This document shows positions 9,272 through 19,823 of a stretch of 64,000 nt of DNA, piece after piece. The notes beneath the pieces were generated by a model. It was given only the letters and a program-made list of their open reading frames with translations. It had not been told where the DNA came from and searched no databases. Numbering within the stretch: position 1 is the stretch's first letter; each line of letters begins with the position of its first letter. A program made the translations under genes and the position numbers. Source of the stretch: Sedimentisphaerales bacterium (GTDB lineage: Bacteria > Planctomycetota > Phycisphaerae > Sedimentisphaerales > Anaerobacaceae); assembly GCA_963708075.1 (NCBI GenBank), contig OY970194.1, positions 4,288,001-4,352,000 on the forward strand. The letters are read 5' to 3'.

Positions 9272-9550
9272 ATGCTGGAAGAACTCAAGAGTGAGGAGAT
9301 CGTGAAGAAGGTCGGCGGCCGATTCAAACTGGCGGCGCTGGTGCAGCGGCGGATGACCGAACTGCTCCAGGGCTCCCGGCCCCTGATCGAGAATTCCGAG
9401 AACATGACCATGATGGAGATCGTGCTGCAGGAAATCCTGCAGGACAAGATCACCATCGATACGGCCACCTATGAGCGCAAGGTGGAAACCATCATCGAGC
9501 GGCGCGACGAGGATGATGACGATGAGCCGCGTGGAAGGCACCGCCTCTAA
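9272..9550 (+). CDS. rpoZ: RNA polymerase omega subunit
   Basis: KVGGRFKLAALVQRR; located between gmk and coaC; GGAG RBS. Confidence 0.9.
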   Translation: MLEELKSEEIVKKVGGRFKLAALVQRRMTELLQGSRPLIENSENMTMMEIVLQEILQDKITIDTATYERKVETIIERRDEDDDDEPRGRHRL

Positions 9551-9605
9551 TGACCCGCGGCGAGAGAATACGGCCAACGTATTCCGCTGCAGGTCTTGAG
9601 GAGCC

Positions 9606-10202
9606 GTGAGTGCACAGATGCTGAAAGACCTGAACATTCTGCTCGGCGTCACCGGCGGGATCGCCGCTTACAAGGTGGTGGACTTGGCCAGCAAACTGAC
9701 GGCCGCCGCCGCCCACGTGCAGACGGTCATGACGAAAAGCGCCTGCCGATTCGTCGGGCCCAAGAGCTTCGAGACGATCACGTGCGCGCCGGTGTACACC
9801 TCCCTGTGGAGCGATCCGGAGGGCCGCAAGAGCGCCCACATTGCCCTGGCGGAATGGGCGGACGTCGCGGTCGTCGCGCCGGCCAGCGCCGACATCATCG
9901 GCAAGATGGCCAACGGAATCTGCGACGACCTGCTCAGCACGACCCTGTGCACGTGCTGGTCCTGCCGGATGCTGTTCGTCCCCGCGATGAATACGCGGAT
10001 GTGGGAGAACCCCGCCGTGCAGCGAAACGTCACTGCCCTGCGCGAGATGGGCATCCAGATGATCGGCCCCGCCGCCGGACGCCTGGCCTGCGGCGCCGAA
10101 GGCATGGGAAGAATGGCCGAGCCGCAGGAGATCCTGGCGGCGATCGAAGCCATCGGCGCCGAGCTCATCCGCGGCAAGATCGAAGGCAACAACCAGGGTT
10201 GA
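9606..10202 (+). CDS. coaC: Phosphopantothenoylcysteine decarboxylase (stand-alone)
   Basis: GVTGGIAAYK, HIALA, PASADIIGK, PAMNTRMW, GRLACG. Confidence 0.93.
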   Translation: MSAQMLKDLNILLGVTGGIAAYKVVDLASKLTAAAAHVQTVMTKSACRFVGPKSFETITCAPVYTSLWSDPEGRKSAHIALAEWADVAVVAPASADIIGKMANGICDDLLSTTLCTCWSCRMLFVPAMNTRMWENPAVQRNVTALREMGIQMIGPAAGRLACGAEGMGRMAEPQEILAAIEAIGAELIRGKIEGNNQG

Positions 10203-10286
10203 TGAACCACGGAGCCAGACTGGACCGCAGGGGATGACACTGAGGGACGCCGTCCCCAAGTGGTAATGTGGTTGGCAGGGTGTGCG

Positions 10287-10925
10287 ATGCGTTTTCTGAT
10301 CACAGCCGGGGGCACACGCGAATATATCGATCCGGTGCGGTTCATCTCCAACGCCAGCAGCGGCAGGATGGGCTACGCGCTGGCTCGTGCTGCACTGAAA
10401 GCACGCCACAAGGTGACCCTGATCACGGCCCCCACCGCCCTGAAGTCTCCCGTCGGCGCGCAAGTCGTCCGCGTGCAGACTGCCGCGGAGATGTTCAAAG
10501 CGGTGAAGGAGCATTTCCCCGCGTGTGATTGCCTGATCATGGCCGCCGCCGTCAGTGATTACACGCCCGCCCGACCCAGCAGAACGAAGCTCAAGAAGCA
10601 AACCACAAAGCTCACTCTCGAACTGAAACCCACCCCCGACATCCTGAAATGGGCCGGCAGGCACGGTAGGGTGGGCTCCGCCCACCATAAACGCAGGATT
10701 ATTGTGGGCTTCGCCCTGGAGGACAAGGACCTGCGGCTCAACGCCGAGCGCAAGCTCCGCGAAAAGCACCTCGATATGATCATCGCCAACGCCCCCGGCG
10801 CCATCGGCGCCGAGGCATCGACTCTGCACATCAAGGCCGCCAATTCGGACTGGATCGAACTCGGCCATGCGCAAAAAGCGCGAAGCGCCCGCCAGATCGT
10901 CCGCCAGATCGAAGCCTTGGCGTAA
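10287..10925 (+). CDS. coaB: Phosphopantothenate--cysteine ligase (stand-alone)
   Basis: ITAGGTREYIDPVRFISNASSGRMG, AAAVSDY, PDIL, VGFALE. Confidence 0.93.
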   Translation: MRFLITAGGTREYIDPVRFISNASSGRMGYALARAALKARHKVTLITAPTALKSPVGAQVVRVQTAAEMFKAVKEHFPACDCLIMAAAVSDYTPARPSRTKLKKQTTKLTLELKPTPDILKWAGRHGRVGSAHHKRRIIVGFALEDKDLRLNAERKLREKHLDMIIANAPGAIGAEASTLHIKAANSDWIELGHAQKARSARQIVRQIEALA

Positions 10926-11033
10926 GAGGACAACTAGCCCGCGGAGCGTGCCGTACGGCTGGGTGGCATCGGCAAGCTGCGTACCTGTTTAGCCTGGAAA
11001 AGCTCGATCTTGGGTGGCACGGGCAAACTCGTT

Positions 11034-11188
11034 GGGTTCGTCCCAAATCCTTGAGATCGAGCCTGTGCAAGCTGCGCAGTCGGGTGGCAGCGTCAAGGCC
11101 GAAGGCCTTGGCGATGGCGAATGGGCAAGACCATCGCCAAGCTGCGCTTGACGCTGCCACCCAAAACTCAACAACTTGGGACGAACCC
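11034..11188. mobile_element. 155-bp MITE inserted in a REP loop, carrying REPIN family B
   Basis: TIR GGGTTCGTCCCAA / TTGGGACGAACCC flanked by direct repeat AACTCGTT (11026-11033, 11189-11196); identical inverted copy at 45428-45582, diverged copy at 58572-58725. Confidence 0.85.
11082..11162. repeat. Double-hairpin REPIN family B
   Basis: GGGTGGCAGCGTCAAG...CTTGACGCTGCCACCC; copies at 33620-33708, 43246-43325, 45454-45534, 58620-58699; relatives at 12766-12797 and 22890-22982. Confidence 0.9.
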
Positions 11189-11471
11189 AACTCGTTTGAC
11201 GGTGCCACCCGGCGAGCGTCCCCGTTCGCCCATTGTGAGGACTCGCCATGGCTCGGATCGTCGTGCGAAGACGCACGACAAGGAGGCGAGCGAGGACGCT
11301 CGCCCTACATTGCGGCCCGAATTCGCCACTGAATGCCGACCACACCCCTTGTCGAGGGGGATGGATAAACCATTGGCAAGATACCGCTTGCCGATGCCAC
11401 CCTTGCGGCTACAATGCACCGAGAGAGAATCATTGCGTTCGGCAGGACTTGGAGAAATGGGAGGCACGAAG

Positions 11472-12749
11472 ATGAGACAGGCAGCCAAGGTAGTTATGTC
11501 AGTGATTGTGTGCTTGTCCATGACAAGCATTATCGTTGCTGCGGAGCGGCCGGTCTGGCCGGTCAAGGTCAGTGACAACCACAGGTACTTTGTCGATCAG
11601 AAGGGCAGCCCTGTCTTTTGGCTGGGCACGACCCAGTGGCAGCTTTTCCGGGACTATACGGTTGAGGACGCCCGCACGATCATCGAGAAGACGGCGGACA
11701 AGGGATTCGTCTTCGCCCAGGTCATGCTGATGGGCGTGGGCGACGGCACGAAAGCGAACGTCTATGGCCAAAAGCCGTGGCTCGACGACAATCCCCTCAC
11801 GCCGAACGAGGCCTATTTCAAGAACGTGGACGCCGTCCTCAAGATCGCGGAGGAGAACAACGTCAACATCTCGATGACTCTCTACCATCAGCGCTACCGC
11901 AAGCACATCACGGCGGACAACGCCAGGGCGTGGGCGAAATGGCTGGCGCAGCGGTACAAGGACGTGCCGAATATCGTCTGGTCCATGACGCCGGAGGCCA
12001 AGCCGGAATTTGTGCCCGTCCTGCGCGAACTGGCGGCCGGCCTGCACGAAGGCGATGGCGGCGCCCACCTGATCACCTTCAAGCCCGACCCCGCCCCCTA
12101 CTCCTCCAGCTTCATTCACGATGAGAAATGGCTGGATTTCGATTCCATGCAGACGTGGAAGAGCGTCGAGCTGATCTACCCGATGGTGACGCACGACTAC
12201 AACCTCCAGCCGGTCAAGCCCGTACTCATGGCGGAGGGCGCATACGAGCAGGGGTCGGAGTACGGATTCGACGTCACGCCTTTGTGGATTCGCCGGCAGG
12301 CTTATTACTCCTACCTGGCGGGCGCCCATCACACCTACGGCCACAACGACAGTTGGCGCGTCCTGCCCACCTGGAAGAAGGCCCTCGACGCCCCCGGCGC
12401 AGTGCAATTGGGCATCTTGAAGAAGACCTTTCTGGCCGTGCCTGAATGGTGGTATCTCGTCCCCGACCAGTCGATTCTCGCCGAGGGCGGCCGGACCGAT
12501 GGTCAAGTTCTGAACCTTGCCGCCCGCCACAAGGACGGCACATGGGTCATGGTCTATCTTGCCGACAAGGCTTCCTTCTCCATCCACATGAGCAAGCTCG
12601 CCGCGAGCAATGTGACTGCCCACTGGCTCGACCCGAGAACCGGTGGCTCGGTCTCTGTTGGCGGCCTCACAAATGCAGGCACACGGTCCTTCTCCACGCC
12701 CGAGGATTGGGAGGACGCCTTGTTGATCCTCGAACCCTCCACTCGCTGA
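11472..12749 (+). CDS. Secreted DUF4038/apiosidase-like glycoside hydrolase with C-terminal collagen-binding-like domain
   Basis: Signal peptide; [46 protein letters not shown]. Confidence 0.8.
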   Translation: MRQAAKVVMSVIVCLSMTSIIVAAERPVWPVKVSDNHRYFVDQKGSPVFWLGTTQWQLFRDYTVEDARTIIEKTADKGFVFAQVMLMGVGDGTKANVYGQKPWLDDNPLTPNEAYFKNVDAVLKIAEENNVNISMTLYHQRYRKHITADNARAWAKWLAQRYKDVPNIVWSMTPEAKPEFVPVLRELAAGLHEGDGGAHLITFKPDPAPYSSSFIHDEKWLDFDSMQTWKSVELIYPMVTHDYNLQPVKPVLMAEGAYEQGSEYGFDVTPLWIRRQAYYSYLAGAHHTYGHNDSWRVLPTWKKALDAPGAVQLGILKKTFLAVPEWWYLVPDQSILAEGGRTDGQVLNLAARHKDGTWVMVYLADKASFSIHMSKLAASNVTAHWLDPRTGGSVSVGGLTNAGTRSFSTPEDWEDALLILEPSTR

Positions 12750-12816
12750 TTGCATTGCGTATCAGCCATCGGCAAGCTCCGCTTGCCGCTGCCACCCGTA
12801 CGTGGGGAGATCTCGG

Positions 12817-13926
12817 TTACAATTGCCTGCTCCCGGGCAGGTCGGGGAAGGCCTCGGCAACGGCGACGTTGGTGAGCTTGTGGCCGGCCATGTTGATGGC
12901 GGCGGCGTGGCCGGGGTCGAGGGCGGCGAAGGCGTCGATGCCGAGCGAGGCGAGTTGGCGGACGTAGGGCAAGCGTGGCGTTGCATAGGGCCACGGTCGA
13001 GGTCCGGCTGACGGCGCCGGGGATGTTGGTAACGCAGTAGTGTACGACGCCATCGACGAGGTAGGTCGGGTGGCTGTGCGTGGTGGGCCGGGAGGTTTCC
13101 GCGCAGCCGCCCTGGTCGATGGACACATCCACGAGGACGCTGCCCGGTTTCATCGTCTTGACCAGCGAGCGGGACATCAGGACGGGGGCCCGGCCGCCGG
13201 GGATCAGGACGGCACCGACAACCAGGTCGGCCTGCATCGCGTAGTCTGCGATCGTGTGCGGGTCGGAGAAGATCGTCGTCACGTTGGCCGGCATCACTTC
13301 ATCGAGGTAGCGCAGGCGGTCCAGATGGATATCCATGATTGTGACATTGGCGGCCAGTCCGGCGGCCATGCGTGCGGCGTTGGTACCGACGACCCCGCCG
13401 CCGAGGACCAACACATTGGCCGGCGCGACGCCGGGAACGCCTCCGAGCAGAATGCCCTGGCCTTGCATCGGTCGCTCCAGGCACTTGGCCCCCTCCTGGA
13501 TCGACATGCGGCCGGCGATCTCGCTCATGGGCGTCAGCAGGGGCAACCGGCCCTGCGGCGTCCTGCAGGGTCTCGTAGGCTACAGCCGTGATGCCCGCCT
13601 CCAGACAGCCGACCGTCAGCTCCCGCGACGCGGCGAAGTGAAAGTAGCAGAAGACGATCTGGCCATCGCGGAGCCTGGCGATCTCCTGCGGGCTGCGGCT
13701 CCTTCACCTTGACGATCAAGTCGGCCCGGGTGTAGATCTCGGCGACGGACTCGACAATCCGGGCACCGGCCTGCACGTAGCGCCGGTCGTCAAATCCGCT
13801 ATCCGAACCAGCGCCTTTCTCGATGAGCACGGTCTGCCCGTCCCGCACCAGCAACTCCGCCCCGACGGGCAGCAGCGCGACGCGGTACTCGTCCTTCTTC
13901 ACTTCCTTCGGCACGCCAATGATCAT
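12817..13926 (-). CDS. ald: Alanine dehydrogenase (apparent frameshifts near 13690, 13555, 12970)
   Basis: [58 protein letters not shown] spread over successive frames. Confidence 0.92.
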
Positions 13927-13942
13927 ATCCACCCCCATTCGC

Positions 13943-13997
13943 AAGTTTGAAGTGTGAAGTCAGAGCACTTCAAACTTGAAACTTCACACTTGACACT
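13943..13997. repeat. Heptamer tandem arrays in inverted orientation
   Basis: AAGTTTG AAGTGTG AAGT ... ACTTCAA ACTTGAA ACTTCAC ACTTGAC. Confidence 0.75.
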
Positions 13998-14003
13998 CTC
14001 TTC

Positions 14004-14528
14004 TCAATCCGCAATCCCCAGGTCGTCTTTGGTCAGGATGGCTTCGAAGCAATAGCCGGCTTCGCTGATGTTCTCGCCGGCGCCCTGCTTGCGGTCGATG
14101 ACACAGACAATCTTTTTGACCATCGCGCCGGCGTCGGTGATGACCTTGGCCGCTTCAAGGACCTGGCCGCCCGTGGTGGCGATATCCTCGACAAGCAGCA
14201 CGACGTCGCCCGGATCGAGCACGCCTTCGACAAGCTTGCTCGTGCCGTAGTCTTTCTTGCTGTTGCGAACGATGATCCAGTTCTTGCCCGTCTCCATGGC
14301 GGTCGCCGCGGCCAGCGCGACGCCGCCCAACTCCGCCCCCGCGATCAGCGTGACATCCTTTGTCATATGTTTGGCGAATTCCTGCCCCAACGCCTTGAGG
14401 ATGTCGGGACAGGTCTCGAAGAGGTACTTGTCGAGGTAATACTTGCTCCGCTTGCCGCTGCGAAGGACGAAATCGCCCTCCAAGTACGCGGTTTCCTTGA
14501 TTCGCTGGATTAGCTCTTTTCTGGTCAC
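14004..14528 (-). CDS. pyrE: Orotate phosphoribosyltransferase
   Basis: GDFVLRSGKRSKYYLDK, PRPP-binding LVEDIATTGG. Confidence 0.95.
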   Translation of the reverse strand: MTRKELIQRIKETAYLEGDFVLRSGKRSKYYLDKYLFETCPDILKALGQEFAKHMTKDVTLIAGAELGGVALAAATAMETGKNWIIVRNSKKDYGTSKLVEGVLDPGDVVLLVEDIATTGGQVLEAAKVITDAGAMVKKIVCVIDRKQGAGENISEAGYCFEAILTKDDLGIAD

Positions 14529-14595
14529 CTCAGCATCCTTTCTCTGTGCTCATGGGTGGCGTGGAACGCGTGGGCCAAGGACCCACCCTACGCCT

Positions 14596-16037
14596 TCAGA
14601 CTTTCAGTTCTACTTTTCGGTTCAACTCGTTGCGATACTTTTTTCGGATCGGGTTCACGACGGCTCGGACGAATTCATCGACCTGCTGTGGGGCCCGGCC
14701 GACGTAGGCGGCGGGGTCCAGGACCTTGTCGAAATCGAGATTCGGCGAAGGACGACATCCGCCCGCAGCCGGCCGATCAGGTCGTTGGGCCGGCCGAAGT
14801 TCTTTACCTCGGCGGCGGCCGCCTGGGAGTGCAGGCGGATCTTCTCGTGCAGCTCCTGCCGATTGCCGCCGGCTTTGACCGCCGCCATCAGGATATTCTC
14901 CGTCGCCATAAACGGCAGCTCCGCGGCCACGTGCGTCTCAATCACCTTCGGATATACCACCAGCCCATCGAAGACGTTCAGGAGGATCTGCAGGATGCCA
15001 TCCACGGCCAGAAACGCCTCCGGGATCGCCACCCGCTTGTTGGAGGAATCGTCCAGGGTCCGCTCGAACCACTGCTCGGACGCCGTCATGGCCGGGCTTG
15101 TCGCCAGGCTCAGCACGAGCCGGCTCAGGCCCGTCACCCGCTCGCAGCGCATCGGGTTTCGCTTGTACGCCATGGCGGACGAGCCGATCTGCGATTTCTC
15201 GAACGGCTCCTCCATCTCCTTGAGGTGCGCCAGCAGGCGAAGGTCGTTGCAGATCTTGTGCGCCGACTGGGCGATCAGGGCCAGCGCGTTGACGACGAGC
15301 GCGTCGATCTTTCGCGGGTAGGTCTGGCCGGTGACGGGACAGACCTTTTTGAAGCCGAACGCGGCCGCCACGTCCTTGTCGAGCTGCTGGACCTTGGCGT
15401 GATTGCCTTCGAAGAGCTCCAGGAACGACGCCTGCGTGCCGGTAGTGCCCTTGACGCCGCGGAACGGCAGCGTCTCGATGCGGTGCTCGACCTCCTGCAG
15501 GTCCATGACGAACTCCTGGCACCAGAGCGTCGCGCGCTTGCCGACGGTGGTGAGTTGGGCCGGCTGGAAGTGCGTGAAGCCGAGCGTGGGCAGGTCGCGG
15601 TATTGCTCGGCGAATTTGCCCAGCAGGTCGATCACGGCCGCCAGCTTGCCGGCGATCAGCCGCAGGCCCTCCCGCATGATGATCAGGTCCGCGTTGTCGC
15701 CCACGTAGCAGCTCGTCGCCCCGAGGTGGATGATCGGCGCCGCCTTCGGCGCCACCTCGCCGAACGCATAGATGTGGGCCATCACGTCGTGGCGGAACTG
15801 CTTCTCGTAGGCCGCCGCCTTGTCGAAGTCGATATCGTCGAGGTGGCGGGCCATCTGGTCGATCTGACTCTGCTTGATCTTCAGCCCGAGCTTCTTCTCG
15901 GCCTTGGCCAGCTCCAGCCAGAGCCGCCGCCACGTGCTGAACTTCTTCTGCGCCCCGAACAGCTCCGCCATCTCCCGCGAAGCGTTCCTCTCGACCAGCG
16001 GACTCGTGTATGAATTGTACTCCTGTGGCACCTTCAA
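14596..16037 (-). CDS. purB: Adenylosuccinate lyase (frameshift near 14745; true C-terminus ends ...KVELKV* at 14596)
   Basis: [31 protein letters not shown]; alternate frame continues [20 protein letters not shown]. Confidence 0.95.
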
Positions 16038-16076
16038 TTCTCCGTTCTCTGCTCTCCGCTGGCCTGCATCTCTTAT

Positions 16077-17045
16077 CTACCGCGTGAGTTTCTGCTCTCG
16101 TTCGGCCAAAAGCTTCTCGATTTCGTCGATCTCCTCCCGGCTGAGATTCCAGTCGGAGGCGTGGACGGTTTCAAGGATTTGTTCGGGCCGGCGGGCGCCA
16201 ACGATGGCGGCGGTAACCTCGGGCCTGCGCAAGACCCAACTGATGGCCAACTGCGCACGGTCCGGCCATGGCGGTCGCGCGATCTTTCGCAGTTGCTCGA
16301 CCATCACCAGCGTGGCCGAGAACTGCGGGTCCTGGAACTCGGGCATCCGCCGGCGATGGTCGCCGGGCGCCAGTGCGACCAGCCGCTCGTGGCTGAACCT
16401 GCCCGTCAGCAGCCCCCGCTGCATGGGGCTGTAGACGATCACGCCGATCTTATGTTGTCCACAGTAGCTAAGGACTTCCGCCTCGATCTCCCGGTGCAGC
16501 ATGCTGTAGGGCGGCTGCAGCGAGGCGATGGGGTGGATCTTGCGGACTCGCTCCATCTGCCCGACACCGTAGTTGGACACGCCGAGATAGCGCACCTTGC
16601 CCTGCTCGGCGAGCCGGGCCATCTCCTCCCACGCCTCCTCGATATCGGCCTCCGGGTCGGGCCAGTGCATCTGGTAGAGGTCGATGGTCTCGACGCCGAG
16701 ACGCTTAAGACTGTCTTCACATTCCTTTCGGATGCTCTGCCTCTTGAGGTTCGGCACCTTCTCCCGCTTGTCATTCCAGAGCAGGCCGCACTTCGTGGCG
16801 ACATACGGCTTATGCCCGGTCATCTTGAGCGCCTGGCCTACCAGCTCCTCGGAGTGGCCAAGACCATAGACCGGGGCCGTATCGATCCAGTTGATCCCTT
16901 TATCCAGCCCGGCCACAATCGCGGCAATGGCGTCATCGTCATCCTGAGGCCCCCACCCATACTGCCACGGCCCGCCCATGGCCCACGTGCCAAGGCCCAC
17001 CGTCGTCAGGTGCAGATCAGTTTCGCCAAGTCTTCTCGTTTGCAT
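16077..17045 (-). CDS. Aldo/keto reductase
   Basis: GLGTWAMGG, DTAPVYG, DLYQMHWP, GVSNY, YSPMQRGLL. Confidence 0.93.
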   Translation of the reverse strand: MQTRRLGETDLHLTTVGLGTWAMGGPWQYGWGPQDDDDAIAAIVAGLDKGINWIDTAPVYGLGHSEELVGQALKMTGHKPYVATKCGLLWNDKREKVPNLKRQSIRKECEDSLKRLGVETIDLYQMHWPDPEADIEEAWEEMARLAEQGKVRYLGVSNYGVGQMERVRKIHPIASLQPPYSMLHREIEAEVLSYCGQHKIGVIVYSPMQRGLLTGRFSHERLVALAPGDHRRRMPEFQDPQFSATLVMVEQLRKIARPPWPDRAQLAISWVLRRPEVTAAIVGARRPEQILETVHASDWNLSREEIDEIEKLLAEREQKLTR

Positions 17046-17128
17046 ACGTGCATTCCCCGGCAGGTTCTGGATCCAACGGCCATAGGATACAATAGATGCC
17101 GCCATAGATCAACTGCCGGGTTGGGAGA

Positions 17129-17157
17129 TTGCCATAGAACCACGGAGAGGGTACAAT
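17129..17157 (+). promoter_or_regulatory. Sigma70-like promoter for the APC permease
   Basis: TTGCCA-N17-TACAAT. Confidence 0.55.
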
Positions 17158-17213
17158 AGTATCCTTTCCGTTTCTGTTCCATTGATTTCGCTACCTATGT
17201 TGGAGATGTCAGG

Positions 17214-19205
17214 TTGGCACTGTCCGGACGCCGGTTTGGACAAGTACTCAAGGACGTGGTGATCGGCCGGTCGCGGGATCCTCGCGACGCCATGGTCTTT
17301 CACCGGCTGTCCTTAGTAGCGTTCTTTGCCTGGGTAGGACTGGGTGCGGACGGTCTGTCCTCCTCGTGCTACGGACCTTCGGAAGCGTTCCTGGAATTGG
17401 GGAATCATCCATTTTTAGGCGTTTTCGTCGGTCTGGGAAGCGTCATCACGATCCTCGTCATCGCCGCCAGCTATTCGCAGATCGTCGAGCTGTTCCCAAC
17501 GGGCGGCGGCGGTTACTTCGTTGCCACCAAGCTGTTGTCGCCCTGGGTAGGAATGGTCTCCGGCTGCGCACTGCTGATCGACTACGTGCTGACCATTTCA
17601 GTCTCTATCGCCAGCGGCACAGACGCCATCTTCAGTTTCCTGCCTCCGGAGTGGCACGAGTATAAGCTCGACCTTGCCATTGTCGTCATTATCGCGATGG
17701 TGCTACTGAATATGAGGGGAGTGCGAGAATCGGTGATCCCCTTGGTCCCGATTTTTCTGACGTTTCTCGCCACACATGTATTTGTGATTCTCTACGGCCT
17801 GTTTACGCACCTGCCCAATATAAGCACCGTCGTTCGCTCGACCCAAGCCGACGTACACAACACCGTCTCCACCATCGGTTTCTGGGGCCTCGCCATGATC
17901 GTGCTGCGGTCCTACAGCATGGGTGCAGGCACATATACAGGAATCGAGGCCGTCAGTAACGGGCTCCCGGTCCTGAGAGAACCGAGGGTCCAAACCGCCC
18001 GACTGACGATGCGATACATGGCCATCTCGCTCTCATTCATGGTTATGGGATTGGTTCTCGGGTACCTGTTGTACGATGTGCGACTGGAACCGGGAAGGAC
18101 CCTCAATGCGGTCCTGTTTGACAAGGTGACGGCAGGCTGGGGCGAAGGCGGCGCCCGCCTGTTCATCTTCGTCTGCCTTCTATCGGAAGCCATGCTCCTC
18201 ACCATTGCCGCCCAAACGGGATTCCTCGACGGCCCCCGCGTTCTGGCCAACATGTCCCTCGACCGGTGGTTTCCGACGCGGTTCTCCGTCTTGAGCGACC
18301 GGCTGGTCATTCAGAACGGCATCTTGATTATGGGGGGGCTGGCGCTGGTGATCATGCTCTTCACCAGGGGCTCGGTGAGACTGCTGGTGGTGCTCTACAG
18401 CATCAACGTCTTCATCACATTCTGTCTTTCGCAGTTGGGCATGGTTCGCCATTGGTGGCTCGACCGCCACCAGACAAGGTCCTGGCTCCACAAGCTGCTC
18501 ATCAATGGCTTCGGTTTGGTCCTCACCACGTTCATCCTGGTTTCCATGGTGACCGTCAAGTTCTTCGAGGGCGGCTGGATCACATTACTGATCACCGGGA
18601 CTCTGGTCGTCTTTGCAATCCTGGTGAGGCGACATTACAACAAGATTGCGGTGCAGCTTCGCCGGCTCGACGAGCTGGCCGAGCGTGCGGAATCCTACGT
18701 CCGCCAGTCCGCCCCCAAGGGAGGCGAAGGCGGGCCGGTCTTCGATCCCAAGGCCAAGACCGCCGTTCTGCTCGTCAGCGGCTTCAACGGCACCGGCCTG
18801 CACACCCTCCTGGCCATCATGCGACTCTTCGGCGGCGTCTTCCGAAACTTCGTCTTTCTCGAAGTCGGAGTCCTGGACGTCGGCAACTTCAAGGGGCCCC
18901 AGGAGGTCGAGCGCCTGCAGACACAGGTGCAGAACGACCTCAATCGCTACGTGGAGCTGATGAAGAAGGAAGGGTTCTACGCGGAAGCTGTCTGGGACAT
19001 CGGCGTCGATGCCGCCGAGCAGATCACGCGGATCGTCCCCAGCATCATCGAGCGCTACCCCGGCGCCGTGTTCTTCGGCGGCAAGCTGTTGTTCCTCAAC
19101 GAGACCCTGATCAACCGGCTGCTCCACAACCAGCTCGTCTTCACGATCCAGAAGCGCCTGCACCGTCTGGGCATCCCCTTCGTCATCCTGCCCATCTACG
19201 TGTGA
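17214..19205 (+). CDS. APC-superfamily permease (KimA/YdaO-like, amino acid or K+ transporter)
   Basis: GADGLSSSCYG, GGGGY, ALLIDYVLT, TGIEAVSNG, many TM segments, cytoplasmic C-domain. Confidence 0.85.
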   Translation: MALSGRRFGQVLKDVVIGRSRDPRDAMVFHRLSLVAFFAWVGLGADGLSSSCYGPSEAFLELGNHPFLGVFVGLGSVITILVIAASYSQIVELFPTGGGGYFVATKLLSPWVGMVSGCALLIDYVLTISVSIASGTDAIFSFLPPEWHEYKLDLAIVVIIAMVLLNMRGVRESVIPLVPIFLTFLATHVFVILYGLFTHLPNISTVVRSTQADVHNTVSTIGFWGLAMIVLRSYSMGAGTYTGIEAVSNGLPVLREPRVQTARLTMRYMAISLSFMVMGLVLGYLLYDVRLEPGRTLNAVLFDKVTAGWGEGGARLFIFVCLLSEAMLLTIAAQTGFLDGPRVLANMSLDRWFPTRFSVLSDRLVIQNGILIMGGLALVIMLFTRGSVRLLVVLYSINVFITFCLSQLGMVRHWWLDRHQTRSWLHKLLINGFGLVLTTFILVSMVTVKFFEGGWITLLITGTLVVFAILVRRHYNKIAVQLRRLDELAERAESYVRQSAPKGGEGGPVFDPKAKTAVLLVSGFNGTGLHTLLAIMRLFGGVFRNFVFLEVGVLDVGNFKGPQEVERLQTQVQNDLNRYVELMKKEGFYAEAVWDIGVDAAEQITRIVPSIIERYPGAVFFGGKLLFLNETLINRLLHNQLVFTIQKRLHRLGIPFVILPIYV

Positions 19206-19621
19206 CGGGCCGGAAGAAGACCACGACCATCTTCACGGCGATTTCCGGCGCTCCCGCTCTTGTCACGCGCAGCGCGTGCGACGAGATTTCGCAGTGGCCT
19301 TTCCATTCGTCATGTTGAGGGAGTGTGCGACTAAGTTTCGTGGGCCCCGATGGCTTCGCAGGGCGGGCGAGGACGTCCACCCTACGCCCGGAGCCGTCGG
19401 CGCTCTTCGTAGGTCGTGCGTCCCCGCACGACCCCCTTGGCCCTGGGTGGATACGCGTCGAAACGCACGGTTTCTCACCCGGTCAGCGGAATCTGCCCCA
19501 CAGGATTTAGTCGCGCACTTGAGGGACGGGTGGCAGCGGCACCGCATCAAATGAGCACCGTCAAACGCCCTACAACCCTTATGGAGCCCTGCACTGCCGG
19601 GCGAAGGTACCGGTTTGGGGG

Positions 19622-19650
19622 TTGACGGGCGGGGGGAAAGAGGGTATGCT
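19622..19650 (+). promoter_or_regulatory. Sigma70-like promoter for the LamG protein
   Basis: TTGACG-N17-TATGCT. Confidence 0.55.
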
Positions 19651-19823
19651 GTTGTGTGTTGACCTGTGACGTTGAGCTTCTGCTGTGCGCGGCGTTTTCC
19701 CGTAATAACGTTGTTTGCGCAAAGACAACCATGCGGCGGCAACCTGTGCATCTCCTGAGGAGGACACATTCAGCACAGACCGCCCCAGAAAGTTCATTTT
19801 TCACCCGGGAAAGGAGGACTATC

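Noticed and set aside
10831..11471. Recurring peptides such as AASSAAWRW and KALAMANG in ORFs at 11, 33.6, 43.2, 45.4 and 58.6 kb, and the long N-terminal extension of ORF 11121
   Set aside because: Translations of palindromic repeats, not a protein family
12817..13926. Programmed frameshifting or true pseudogenisation of ald, purB and others
   Set aside because: No shared slippery motif, conserved residues intact, and normally essential genes affected; assembly indels are more parsimonious
17105..17213. c-di-AMP (ydaO) riboswitch upstream of the KimA-like permease
   Set aside because: Leader from the predicted promoter is under 60 nt and shows no recognisable aptamer
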